NCBI GenBank assembly: GCA_964512695.1
Contig: CAZEJU010000004.1
Coordinates: forward strand, 12,656-76,655
Source of the DNA: an uncultured Gammaproteobacteria bacterium
GTDB lineage: Bacteria; Patescibacteriota; Microgenomatia; Levybacterales; UBA12049
Direction of reading: 5' to 3'
DNA length: 64,000 bases
How positions within the stretch are numbered: position 1 is the first letter of the stretch; each line of letters starts with the position of its first letter. The notes beneath the pieces are model-generated. The model was not told the DNA's origin, ran no database searches, and saw only the letters and a program-made list of their open reading frames with translations. Of this stretch, positions 9,435 to 18,731 are shown in pieces. The translations under genes and the position numbers were made by a program.

Positions 9435-11192
9435 TTATAATGTTTGCTCTTGCCACATTTTTGCAAAAATATGTTTCTTTTTCAGTAATGCCTCGAAGCT
9501 ACCTTCTTCTTTTATCTCTCCATCCTGCATAACAAGAATTTTGTCCATTTCTTTAATTGTAGATAAACGGTGTGCAATTACTATCGCAGTACAAGTTCCG
9601 AATGCTTCATGTAACGCTTCTTGAATCTGCTTTTCTGAATGAACATCAAGATGCGATGTTGCTTCATCTAATAACAAAATTTCTGGTTTCCTATAAAGTG
9701 CGCGTGCTATACCGACACGTTGACGTTGCCCACCTGAGAGTTTAATTCCTTTTTCTCCTACTAAGGTATCTACTCCTTGAGGTAATTGGGAAATAACATC
9801 TTCTAGATGAGCAGTTTGTATGACAGACATAAGTAACTCTGGATCTTCTTTCTGGCCTGGAACTGCTGTAATAGTGATATTATCTTTTAATGACATATTA
9901 AATAATTCCGTATCTTGTAAAACGACTGATACATTATCGATATATGACTGGCGTTTTATAAGTTTTAGGGGAACATCATCGAAGAATATCTCGCCTTCAT
10001 AGGTTTCATAAAGATCCATAAGTAGTTTAAAAAGCGTTGACTTTCCAGAACCAGAGATGCCTACAATACCTATTTTTTCACCTCTCTTAATAGTGATCGT
10101 TATATCACGGAGTACATCCTGAGTGTTATACATGAATTTAACATTTCGTATATGAATTTTTTCCCATGTGTCTGGAAAATTTAGTTGAGATTTCAATTTT
10201 TCAGGATTTTCAATTTCAGGCCTTGTATTGAGGATAGCACGTACTCTTCCAACCCAAATTTTCGAAATCACTATATCCTGAGTCACATCCATTAACTGCC
10301 AGACAGATTCTCCCATCCGCTGAAATAAAGTGACAAACAGGATAAGTAAACTGACATTATAAAATCCATTTAGTATCCCATAAATAATAAACCCTACTGC
10401 AGTCACTTCAAAGACACTGTAATAGAGATTTAATATACCGCTTTGCACTCTAAACCAAAAAATTCGTTTTCGGATTTCATCCACAAGTAATACAATTTTT
10501 TTTAAGATAACTAAAGAAATGTTTTTATCGATTGCTAAAGCTTTTATAGTACGAATATTGTTTAACCCTTCGAAAGTTATCCCTCCAAGATCTTCATCTT
10601 TCTGACTCGCACGTTTTTCATAATAAGATGCTCTACCTAGTAACATCACTCCAATAGTATAAAAACTAATCATAAAGAATAATAAAGCAAGCCCAATAGC
10701 CATATTTTGATTAACAAAAATTAAAAAAATTCCAAAAGTATTTACTACTACTTCAATAAAAACACTGAATATTTTTCTAATTATTTCGTTCATGCCATCT
10801 CTACCCCTACTAATTCGTTTAAATTTATTACCGCTGTTTTCAATTTCTTGCCATGATAAATCTAAGGCGAATATGTGCTTGAGACAGTCCCGATAGATAT
10901 CTAGTCCGGCCTGTTCTGCTACTTGAAATCCATAGTATTTTGCTAATTCTTTTGAAACACTCCTGTACGTGATTGCAAAAAGCCAAAAAAATAATAACTG
11001 CATTACAGATAAAAAAATGTCTTGATCTCTATTGGTGGTTAATAACAGAATAATTTGACTTAATGCAAAAGCAGGATATAATCTGGCGAGATCACTTGTG
11101 AGACGGAAAAAAAACGCCAGAAGGAACTTTACCCGGTAAGGTTTTACATAAAAATAAATGTCGTGAATGAATTGCGAATATGAATATGACAT
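9435..11192 (-). CDS. ABC transporter, fused permease/ATP-binding protein (MsbA/exporter type)
   Basis: 585 aa. Six-TM N-terminal half, Walker A GISGSGKST, signature LSGGQRQRVGIARAL and Walker B ILLLDEATS. Confidence 0.85.
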   Translation of the reverse strand: MSYSYSQFIHDIYFYVKPYRVKFLLAFFFRLTSDLARLYPAFALSQIILLLTTNRDQDIFLSVMQLLFFWLFAITYRSVSKELAKYYGFQVAEQAGLDIYRDCLKHIFALDLSWQEIENSGNKFKRISRGRDGMNEIIRKIFSVFIEVVVNTFGIFLIFVNQNMAIGLALLFFMISFYTIGVMLLGRASYYEKRASQKDEDLGGITFEGLNNIRTIKALAIDKNISLVILKKIVLLVDEIRKRIFWFRVQSGILNLYYSVFEVTAVGFIIYGILNGFYNVSLLILFVTLFQRMGESVWQLMDVTQDIVISKIWVGRVRAILNTRPEIENPEKLKSQLNFPDTWEKIHIRNVKFMYNTQDVLRDITITIKRGEKIGIVGISGSGKSTLFKLLMDLYETYEGEIFFDDVPLKLIKRQSYIDNVSVVLQDTELFNMSLKDNITITAVPGQKEDPELLMSVIQTAHLEDVISQLPQGVDTLVGEKGIKLSGGQRQRVGIARALYRKPEILLLDEATSHLDVHSEKQIQEALHEAFGTCTAIVIAHRLSTIKEMDKILVMQDGEIKEEGSFEALLKKKHIFAKMWQEQTL

Positions 11193-11249
11193 GGATTAAT
11201 TATACAATTATTTACAGCTGAGTTGAAGGACATAAACAGAAACAAGGAT

Positions 11250-11265
11250 TCGAACATTTGTTCGA
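11250..11265. promoter_or_regulatory. perfect 7-2-7 palindrome TCGAACA-TT-TGTTCGA in the divergent promoter region between the ABC exporter and tRNA-Glu
   Basis: Read directly from the sequence. It lies 58 nt upstream of the ABC transporter ATG. A candidate operator, cognate regulator unknown. Confidence 0.3.
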
Positions 11266-11437
11266 TATAGGTAAATATTCGAAAGATCTGGGGGAGTTGA
11301 GCGCTTCCGCAAACATAGTGACCTACTACATTAGTATTTTTACATATATCCTACGTTTGTCTTACTTTCTTAAATACGGTAAAATATGCTACAAGCAACT
11401 ACTATTAGCCATCTGCTATTAGCTATTTGTCAGTAAC

Positions 11438-11510
11438 GGCCCCATCGTCTAGTGGCCTAGGACGTCAGGTTCTCATCCTGAAAACCGGGATTCGACTTCC
11501 CGTGGGGTCA
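11438..11510 (+). tRNA. tRNA-Glu (anticodon CUC)
   Basis: I folded it by hand. Acceptor GGCCCCA/TGGGGTC, D-arm CGTCTAGTGGCCTAGGACG (as in E. coli tRNA-Glu), anticodon stem TCAGG/CCTGA with loop TTCTCAT (CTC at 34-36), variable AAAC, T-arm CGGGA-TTCGACT-TCCCG. CCA is not encoded. Confidence 0.8.
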
Positions 11511-11538
11511 CTTCGGCAAGCTCAGTGCAAGCACATAT

Positions 11539-11829
11539 ATGGTTAACGCAATACCATGGTTTGTATATATGCTTCTTTGCGATGGTAAAACTTTCTATAT
11601 TGGTATAACTAATGATATTCCTGTTAGATATAATGACCACAAAAAAACCGGCTCATTCTGTATCGAACGAACCGGTTTTTATATATATTGGACAGATAAC
11701 TTTCTTCAGCCCATGAGCCTGTCCTTCTCAAGGACTGGAGAAAGGAGCGGATATACTCTTCCACTCTTGTTCATTTACTTTCCTCACTCCACGATTTTTA
11801 ATCATGATTTGGGGGAAGGGAGCGTTTGA
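11539..11829 (+). pseudogene. GIY-YIG nuclease-family (UPF0213/YhbQ-like) gene, apparently disrupted after about 35 codons
   Basis: The N-terminus FVYMLLCDGKTFYIGITNDIPVRYNDHKK is a clean GIY-YIG motif. The expected GAKYTRGRGPW... continuation is missing. The reading frame runs straight into the GC-rich segment that begins near 11700. Confidence 0.4.
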
Positions 11830-12193
11830 CTCACCCCTTACCTTTGACTCTCCGATGTTACATCGGAGGAATCCCTTGCGGGATTTGAAACCATATTTGG
11901 ATACACGGATTACTCCATGCACCTTAACCTCTCTGCCCGCTACCTGATACGGATCGGGCTGGTTTCTGGTCCTTATTTCTAAGAACCTTGGAGAGGTGCT
12001 ACCAGTATCGGCTGCTTACGCTTATGGCTCATCTCACTGGTTTAAGTAAGCCATAGGCGTCTGACGGTCACCCGGCAGAATAACTCTATTCAGAGTCAGA
12101 GAGCGTTTGTTACGCTGAGGCCTTACGGCATCTCAGACCCTATATCACAAGGGTGCTTTTCGCAGTACTCTCAGGCTGTATTTGGCAGATTAT

Positions 12194-12640
12194 CTAAAAT
12201 TCAATGTCGAATTTGATAACCTGCTGGAGAATCTCCTCGTCAGTCAATCCACCCACGGTCAAACCGCGGAGGGAAGCAACTGCTCGAACATCCTCTCCAC
12301 TCCAGGAAGCATAATACTGCTTTACTTCCTGGTATCGATCCGGCTCTACAGCTGTGGAAACCGGCTCCTCCAGACTGATACTGGGATTAAGACCATGGGT
12401 CTTCCCCCCTCCATACCAGTACCAACGGTCGCAGTATACACCGCGCTGAAGGTGGGAGTGGTGACCCCCATATGGCGAATGATTACGACGATACAACTCC
12501 GTCGCACATTCGTCGCACAGCCACACCCCACACGTCCATACCACTCGGTCGCGGTGGAAGTATCGCCACTTCACCCGTCGGCCGCATCCCCACTCGCAGA
12601 GAATTGGGGATCCTTTATCTGGACCGCTGCCGGTAGGCAT
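12194..12640 (-). CDS. Cys/His-rich small protein with an HNH-like zinc-finger pattern, encoded inside the GC-rich segment
   Basis: ...CEWGCGRR...WTCGVWLCDECATELYRRNHSPYGGHHSH... contains H-x2-P-x-GG and flanking Cys pairs reminiscent of HNH/His-Me finger nucleases, with an acidic C-terminus. A fully overlapping plus-strand ORF of similar length is low-complexity and probably a shadow. Coding status is uncertain. Confidence 0.3.
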   Translation of the reverse strand: MPTGSGPDKGSPILCEWGCGRRVKWRYFHRDRVVWTCGVWLCDECATELYRRNHSPYGGHHSHLQRGVYCDRWYWYGGGKTHGLNPSISLEEPVSTAVEPDRYQEVKQYYASWSGEDVRAVASLRGLTVGGLTDEEILQQVIKFDIEF

Positions 12641-12678
12641 ATGTAGATGAACAAAAGACACATAAACAGTCTATAGAG

Positions 12679-12918
12679 ATGAATAAATATCTTACTGAGG
12701 TTACAAGAGATACACTTGAGAATTGGCAATCAGAGTTTCTTCAACTGATCTGTCAAGTAGCTGGTCTAGCATTTCTCTGGCATATTGGCTCACCACAATC
12801 AAAAGAAGGAGATGATCGGAAAGAAGAAAAACTTGATGCAATATTAAAAAAGTTAAGTGGAAAAGAAGGGGAGAAACTAATCACTTCGTTAGATAAAAAG
12901 TATCCGAGAAAAGGTTGA
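12679..12918 (+). CDS. small hypothetical protein (79 aa), charged C-terminus
   Basis: ORF only. It lies between the GC-rich segment and pyrD, with no recognisable motif. Confidence 0.25.
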   Translation: MNKYLTEVTRDTLENWQSEFLQLICQVAGLAFLWHIGSPQSKEGDDRKEEKLDAILKKLSGKEGEKLITSLDKKYPRKG

Positions 12919-12995
12919 TAATGTCTTCGGAGGCGGAGTAAGCTACTACAGACGAACATTCACTGACACTATGCGTATCTATTCTTTTAAATAAC

Positions 12996-14138
12996 TTACC
13001 TTATATTTTTTGAACCCACTGCTTCTGCGACATGACTGAATCCATCCTTTTTTAATAATTCTACCAATCGAAGATTTATATCCGCTATTAGCTGAGGGCC
13101 TTGGAAAACCATACCAGTAATTAGTTGGACTAATGACGCTCCTAATGTAATTTTCACATATGCATCTTCTGCGCTGAATACACCACCGCAACCGATAATG
13201 ACAAATCGTTTTTTATAGTTCTTATACGCTAAGGCAATCAACTCATTCGAGCGATCAAACGTAGGTTTCCCACTGAAATTTCCCCTGGGAAACTTCGCAA
13301 CTTCACTAGTGACTAAAGACGGATCTTTTCTGTTTTTTTGTAAATTTCCGAAAATTATGCCTGCGGGAGAATGCTTCGCAATTACTTTTAACATAGCGAG
13401 AACTTCTTCATTGTCTTTTTCAATCGGCATTTTTATAAACACCGGACGGGATAAACGTAACATATCAACTTCTTTCAGTAATTCTTCTAACTTTCTAGGT
13501 GGGTAAAAAGTAACATCACCGTATAAGTTCGGACAACTAATATTTAATTCATAATACGAATGATGCAAAGGATAAGATTCGAATGTTTTAAATGAACGAA
13601 GAATATCCACAATACTCTCTTCTTGATCTAAAGCAACTGTATTTGTTCTTCCTACGCTTATTCCTACAGGAATTTGAAAATACTGATGAGACAATAATTT
13701 TGCGACATGTGTAGCTCCATCATTTTTAAAGCCTTTATTTACCATTAGTGATTTAGATTTCGGTAGCCGACCTAAACGAGGCTTTTTATTACCTCTATAT
13801 GGCAAATATGTAATAGTACCAACTGTTTGAAACCCAAATCCTACAGATGGTAAAATATTTGTTAATTGAGCCTGATAATCAAAACCCGCAGCTAGGCCTA
13901 TCGGATTTTCAAATTCTATTCCTGCAATCCTTTGCTCCAACACTTTATGCTTATATTGAAAAGCATAAGCAAATACCGTCCTTATCGGAGAGAAATGACC
14001 TAAGAAGTTTCCAGTTTTTGTCATGCGGTTATGCACCGTCTCTGGATCTATAAGAAAAAATAAAGGTTTTAATAGATACGCATACGCAGTTTTCGATAAA
14101 AAAATACAGCTTTTTTTAAAAAACAATTTCATTGGCAA
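12996..14138 (-). CDS. pyrD: dihydroorotate dehydrogenase (quinone), class 2
   Basis: FENPIGLAAGFD, GFGFQTVGTITYLPYRGNKKPRLGRL and GIIFGN motifs, with the N-terminal membrane-associated extension of class 2 DHODH. Confidence 0.8.
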   Translation of the reverse strand: MPMKLFFKKSCIFLSKTAYAYLLKPLFFLIDPETVHNRMTKTGNFLGHFSPIRTVFAYAFQYKHKVLEQRIAGIEFENPIGLAAGFDYQAQLTNILPSVGFGFQTVGTITYLPYRGNKKPRLGRLPKSKSLMVNKGFKNDGATHVAKLLSHQYFQIPVGISVGRTNTVALDQEESIVDILRSFKTFESYPLHHSYYELNISCPNLYGDVTFYPPRKLEELLKEVDMLRLSRPVFIKMPIEKDNEEVLAMLKVIAKHSPAGIIFGNLQKNRKDPSLVTSEVAKFPRGNFSGKPTFDRSNELIALAYKNYKKRFVIIGCGGVFSAEDAYVKITLGASLVQLITGMVFQGPQLIADINLRLVELLKKDGFSHVAEAVGSKNIR

Positions 14139-14169
14139 ATCTAGACTACAGGATTACAAAAATGAGTTA

Positions 14170-14185
14170 TGTGATTTTTGTCACT
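14170..14185. promoter_or_regulatory. CRP/FNR-type site TGTGA-N6-TCACT upstream of pyrD and immediately downstream of the crp/fnr-family gene
   Basis: Seen in the sequence. 15/16 match to TGTGA-N6-TCACA. Sits in the 55-nt gap between pyrD and the Crp/Fnr gene. Confidence 0.35.
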
Positions 14186-14193
14186 AGCCACCA

Positions 14194-14850
14194 TTAATGA
14201 AGCTCAGAAGTCAACTCAGATTCTAGCCCTTCTATATCGATAAACATAGCATTATTTTTCGAAAAACTAACAAACCCTTTATTTTTTAGTTTTTTCATCT
14301 CCCGACTTACTGTCTCCCTTGTAATACCTATATGTGAAGCCAACTCTTTCTCTGTAATAGTAATTGCAGCTTTACTCTCATGATCTGTTTTGTCACCGAA
14401 ACGTTTAGCATAAATGAGTATTTCGTTAATAAGTCTTCGGTAAGCCTGACCTGATTTAAGATAAGCCATGCGAAGTAATAAACCATCAATACCGCTATAG
14501 ACTCTACGTAACAAATCAAATAAAACATCTGGATTATCCCACAAGAATGTTAAAACAGCTTCTTTAGGCATCCTCCACACTTCTAGATCATTTATAGCCT
14601 CGAAAAAATATTTATTTTTTGTGCTATTGACAGCCCACGACATGGGGAAAAAGGAGTACGGTTTAAATATATTAAGAACGAGTTCATCGCCGTTTTCTGA
14701 AATACTGTACATTTTTACAGTACCCTGCTTTAGAAAAAAAATACCAGCTGGTTCTTCATCAGCTCGAATAAGAACTTCACCTTTTTTAAAAGTTTTATGC
14801 TGTCCGGTCGTAAAAAAGTTTTCTATTTTAGATGAAATTGTTTCGTCCAT
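14194..14850 (-). CDS. Crp/Fnr-family transcriptional regulator
   Basis: N-terminal cNMP-binding beta-roll (GEVLIRADEEPAGIFFLKQGTVKMY). C-terminal HTH ...LASHIGITRETVSREMKKLKNKGFV. Confidence 0.8.
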   Translation of the reverse strand: MDETISSKIENFFTTGQHKTFKKGEVLIRADEEPAGIFFLKQGTVKMYSISENGDELVLNIFKPYSFFPMSWAVNSTKNKYFFEAINDLEVWRMPKEAVLTFLWDNPDVLFDLLRRVYSGIDGLLLRMAYLKSGQAYRRLINEILIYAKRFGDKTDHESKAAITITEKELASHIGITRETVSREMKKLKNKGFVSFSKNNAMFIDIEGLESELTSELH

Positions 14851-15013
14851 GCCTGTATTGTAGCAAATTATAGAAGAGAGTAAAGAAAGTAGGTAAACAA
14901 CAGGCTTGAGATGTTTTTATTCCGCGAAGGATAATGAGAAGTTAATAGACTAATACCGGATTTCACCATCGAACAAATATAAACAGAATAATATTTTATA
15001 AATCAATTTAAAG

Positions 15014-15505
15014 CTATATTTTTAATATATTTCCCACAAACAAGCCTATACTCGTAGCAAGCGCACCGATAATAAATAATTCGACAGCACTTCTGAGAGG
15101 TTTCATTTGTACTAACTTACCTTTAATATATCCAATAATAAATAACCCAATAAACGCAAGAAGAATGCTCATAATTTTCGCTTCTGGCTGACGATACAAA
15201 AGTACAGGAGCGATAGGAATCATACCTGCAGCGAAATAACTAATGAACATTAATAATGCTCCAAGTAATAAACTGTCCGTGTGTTTACCAGTCTTATCCA
15301 TTTGATGAACAGCTTTTTCAGAAGAATACTGTCCGGCTGCCATAGATGAGGCTTCGACAGTTATAGCGACTAAAGAAGCGAGAATAATAATCCCTTTATC
15401 ACTTACACCGCTGCTAATTCCCGCGACAACACCTGTTGTAGAGACAAGCCCATCTTGTAAGCCAAATAAAATACTTCTTAAATAGTCTTCGTGTATTCTG
15501 GGCAT
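15014..15505 (-). CDS. VIT1/CCC1-family iron/manganese transporter-like membrane protein
   Basis: LRSILFGLQDGLVSTTGVVAGIS, characteristic of the VIT family. Three to four predicted TM helices. Confidence 0.55.
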   Translation of the reverse strand: MPRIHEDYLRSILFGLQDGLVSTTGVVAGISSGVSDKGIIILASLVAITVEASSMAAGQYSSEKAVHQMDKTGKHTDSLLLGALLMFISYFAAGMIPIAPVLLYRQPEAKIMSILLAFIGLFIIGYIKGKLVQMKPLRSAVELFIIGALATSIGLFVGNILKI

Positions 15506-15506
15506 G

Positions 15507-17975
15507 TTATTTTCTTAAAGAGTCTTCTACTTCTTTAATGCGTATCGATGTTTTAAGAACTGTATCCGGTTGTAACGCGATAGAATCTATACCTTCACGC
15601 ACGAGAAATTCAGCAAAATCCGGAAAATCAGATGGACCTTGACCACAAATACCTACTGGGAGGTCAAGTGTATGTGCCATGGAAATTAATGATTTAATCA
15701 ATTTCTTCACAGCATTATTCCGCTCATTACCAACATGCGCAACAAGTTTGGAGTCGCGATCTAACCCCAGTGTTAATTGGGTCAAATCATTCGACCCTAT
15801 AGAGAAGCCATCAAAAATAGCTGCAAATTCTTCCACAAGAAGAATATTTGAAGGAATCTCTGCCATAACCCACACTCGAAGTTCTTTATTAATGGTACTT
15901 TCGTTTGCTTTTGCTCGTGCCTGGTCAACTTTCTGATGTTTTAATCCGTATTTTGCCATAACATCAAGTACTTTTTGTCCTTCTTCTGGAGTTCGGCAGA
16001 ATGGTATTAAAATTTGCAGATTATAGAGCCCCATCTTCTCACGAACCCTCTTCACTGCTTCACACTCAAGTGCAAAAGCAGCTTCAAAATTTGGGTCATA
16101 GTAACGGCTAGCACCTCGCCAGCCAATCATCGGATTTTCCTCATCCGGCTCGTATTCACGACCGCCTAAAAGTCCTGCATACTCGTTGGATTTAAAATCG
16201 CTAAATCGTAAAAGTACTTCATGCGGATAAAACGCAGCAGCGACAATACCTATGCCATAGGCTAGCTTTTCAACATAATATTCGGTCTTACTCCTATATC
16301 CAGCAGTTAGCTCGTCAATTTGCCTTTTAACTGTTTTATCAGTCAATGTATCGTAATTTAATAATGCATTTGGATGGATTCTTATAAAATTTGAAATAAT
16401 AAATTCTTCTCGTGCTAGTCCCACGCCTCTATTAGGAATAAAAGAGTATTTAAAGACAAATTCCGGATCAGCGACTATCATTTTTATTTTCGTCTTTGGT
16501 GGATTAAAATTCTTTAAATCTGTTTGTTTTACATCATATTTCAATATTCCTTTATATACTTTTCCCTTCTCCCCTTCTGCACAAGAAACTGTTACTTCAG
16601 TGCCTGTTTTCACTACCTTCGTCGCGTTTCCACAACCAACTACAGCTGGAATTCCTAATTCTCGAGAAACAATAGCTGCATGACTCGTACGTCCGCCTGA
16701 ATTCGTAACGATAGCACTGGCAATTTTCATAATAGGTTCCCAATCGGGATCAGTAATCTCTGCTATTAATACTTCACCTTTTTGAAAGGTATCTAGTTCA
16801 CTTGGGTCTTTAATATACCGAGCTTTTCCTTGGCCAATTTTCGCTCCAACTGCTGCACCTTCTGTTAATACATCACCGTGACTTTGTAAAATATATTCTT
16901 CCAGGACATTGGTATCTTTTCTAGCTTGTACCGTTTCTGGACGTGCTTGAACGATAAATAAATCTTTCGTTTCACTATCATATGCCCATTCGATATCCAT
17001 AGGCTTTTTATAATGTTCTTCGATAATCATTCCCCATTTGGCAAGCTTAAGTACTTGCTCGTCTGACAAAACGAATTTATTTCTATCTTCTTCGTTCACA
17101 TGCAATTCTTTTGTAGCTTTTGTCCCTTCAGTAGAATAGACCAGCTTTTTTTCTTTCGTACCTAATTTTTTATTAATTAACGCGTGGTATCCTTCTTTCA
17201 ACGTTGGTTTAAATACCATGAATTCATCTGGTGTAACAATACCTTTGACTATATATTCTCCAAGTCCCCATGATCCATTGATCAAGACTACGTTGCGAAA
17301 ACCACTATCACTATCAAGTGTAAACATAACACCACTACAACCCCTATCGCTCCTGACCATTTTCTGGACGGCTACAGAAAGTTTTACTTTAAAATGATCG
17401 AAATGTTGATCTTGTCGATATGATATTGCGCGGTTTGTAAAAAGGGAGGAAAATGCTTCTTTTATAGCAGTAAGCAAATTATGTTTTCCGTGAATATTGA
17501 GATATGATTCTTGTTGCCCTGCAAAAGATGCATCAGGGAGGTCTTCAGCTGTTGCAGATGATCGAACCGCCACATCCAACTCATGGGGTTTTATATCCAT
17601 TTTCTCAGCCATTTTACTATAAGCAAGCCAAATCGCCTCTTCTAAATCTTTCGGAAAATCTGCTGAGAGTATCATTTCACGAATACTCGTGCCACATTTT
17701 TCGAGTGAATGAATATTAGCCGTATCCAAACCTTCCAAGACTGCACGAATTTTTTTGTCAAGTTGGTTTTGTTCTATAAAGTATTGGTATGAATAAGCAG
17801 TTACTGCGAATCCGTAAGGGACTCTAATTTTTTCATCTTTAAAGGTAGAATTTGTGGCATTCGTAAGGTTCTGATACATCTCACCAAGATTTGCATTCTT
17901 ACCTCCCACAAGAGGAATATCATCTTTATTTATTTCATCAAACCAGAGGGTATATTTTTTCAATTTACTATCCAT
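15507..17975 (-). CDS. ppsA: phosphoenolpyruvate synthase (pyruvate, water dikinase)
   Basis: 822 aa. N-terminal VGGKNANLGEM, central phospho-histidine domain GGRTSHAAIVSRELGIPAVVG, C-terminal PEP-utilising TIM barrel. Confidence 0.85.
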   Translation of the reverse strand: MDSKLKKYTLWFDEINKDDIPLVGGKNANLGEMYQNLTNATNSTFKDEKIRVPYGFAVTAYSYQYFIEQNQLDKKIRAVLEGLDTANIHSLEKCGTSIREMILSADFPKDLEEAIWLAYSKMAEKMDIKPHELDVAVRSSATAEDLPDASFAGQQESYLNIHGKHNLLTAIKEAFSSLFTNRAISYRQDQHFDHFKVKLSVAVQKMVRSDRGCSGVMFTLDSDSGFRNVVLINGSWGLGEYIVKGIVTPDEFMVFKPTLKEGYHALINKKLGTKEKKLVYSTEGTKATKELHVNEEDRNKFVLSDEQVLKLAKWGMIIEEHYKKPMDIEWAYDSETKDLFIVQARPETVQARKDTNVLEEYILQSHGDVLTEGAAVGAKIGQGKARYIKDPSELDTFQKGEVLIAEITDPDWEPIMKIASAIVTNSGGRTSHAAIVSRELGIPAVVGCGNATKVVKTGTEVTVSCAEGEKGKVYKGILKYDVKQTDLKNFNPPKTKIKMIVADPEFVFKYSFIPNRGVGLAREEFIISNFIRIHPNALLNYDTLTDKTVKRQIDELTAGYRSKTEYYVEKLAYGIGIVAAAFYPHEVLLRFSDFKSNEYAGLLGGREYEPDEENPMIGWRGASRYYDPNFEAAFALECEAVKRVREKMGLYNLQILIPFCRTPEEGQKVLDVMAKYGLKHQKVDQARAKANESTINKELRVWVMAEIPSNILLVEEFAAIFDGFSIGSNDLTQLTLGLDRDSKLVAHVGNERNNAVKKLIKSLISMAHTLDLPVGICGQGPSDFPDFAEFLVREGIDSIALQPDTVLKTSIRIKEVEDSLRK

Positions 17976-18148
17976 ATCTCAACAATAGCATATTCTAAGA
18001 ATAATCCCAACTATTACTTCGATATATTTTAGTAATAAATTTTGTCACTCACTGTGATCTCTATCATTTACACCATACGCGCTATCAAGTAAAAAGCAGA
18101 GTAGCTTTTTAAAGAAGTTACTCTGCTTTAAGGATACCATGTACCGTT

Positions 18149-18565
18149 TTAAAAACTCTGTTCAGGAGTTATTTTTTCAATTGGTGACAAGGTAGGCTCT
18201 AATTCTCTTGACGGTACTGGTGTTATAGTGGGAGTAAGCTCTTCTTCTGTACTACCCCCGACACCTACTTCTGGTCTTCCGTTCATAGAATCTCTTTGTG
18301 TATCAGTCTCTCGAAATGTCTGAGTATCACTTGTATTCTTATTATTCTGTCCATACGGTAAGAATAATAACCCTAAAACCAAAAGAGGAAGTAATAATAA
18401 CGGTAACCAACCAAGGCCTAAGCCTTTATTCTCTTTATGTGTATTATCTACCACTAATGGTTCTTCTTGGCGAGCCACAGTGTCATGTTCTGCCACAGCT
18501 GGCTCTTCATGTATGTCGTTTACACCTTCCGTTTGTGTATTTCTTTGTCTCGGCATTTTCTTCAC
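18149..18565 (-). CDS. hypothetical single-pass membrane protein with a Pro/Thr-rich tail
   Basis: ORF with one strong TM helix (LGLGWLPLLLLPLLVLGLLFL). No conserved motif. Confidence 0.35.
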   Translation of the reverse strand: MKKMPRQRNTQTEGVNDIHEEPAVAEHDTVARQEEPLVVDNTHKENKGLGLGWLPLLLLPLLVLGLLFLPYGQNNKNTSDTQTFRETDTQRDSMNGRPEVGVGGSTEEELTPTITPVPSRELEPTLSPIEKITPEQSF

Positions 18566-18731
18566 CTCCTTTTCTTATATACAGAATCTAATAGATAGGA
18601 TTAATAACTAGGTGAAGTGTGGGTAATATTCGAGTAAGAGTTAGTCTCAATACAGTAAAGCCAATTGCTAAAGTAATGAAAAGTCAGCAATAAAAGTATA
18701 TAATATCATTACTGCTCAAAGAAATTTCCTT

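Noticed and set aside
11830-12190. Possibility that the GC-rich structured stretch is RNase P RNA, tmRNA, SRP RNA, rRNA fragment or group II intron domain V
   Set aside because: I looked for the invariant motifs on both strands: the RNase P P4 GGAAAGTCCGG and GGGTGAAA motifs, the tmRNA tRNA-like end, SRP AGGAAGCAG, the 16S/23S universal primer sites and the domain V GAGCCGTATG...CGGTTC. None is present. The identity is left open rather than asserted.
12182-12646. 154-aa plus-strand ORF fully overlapping the minus-strand Cys/His-rich ORF
   Set aside because: The product is low-complexity and Pro/Ser/Thr-rich, with no motif. In GC-rich DNA both strands stay open by chance. It is most likely a shadow of the opposite strand, or both are non-coding.
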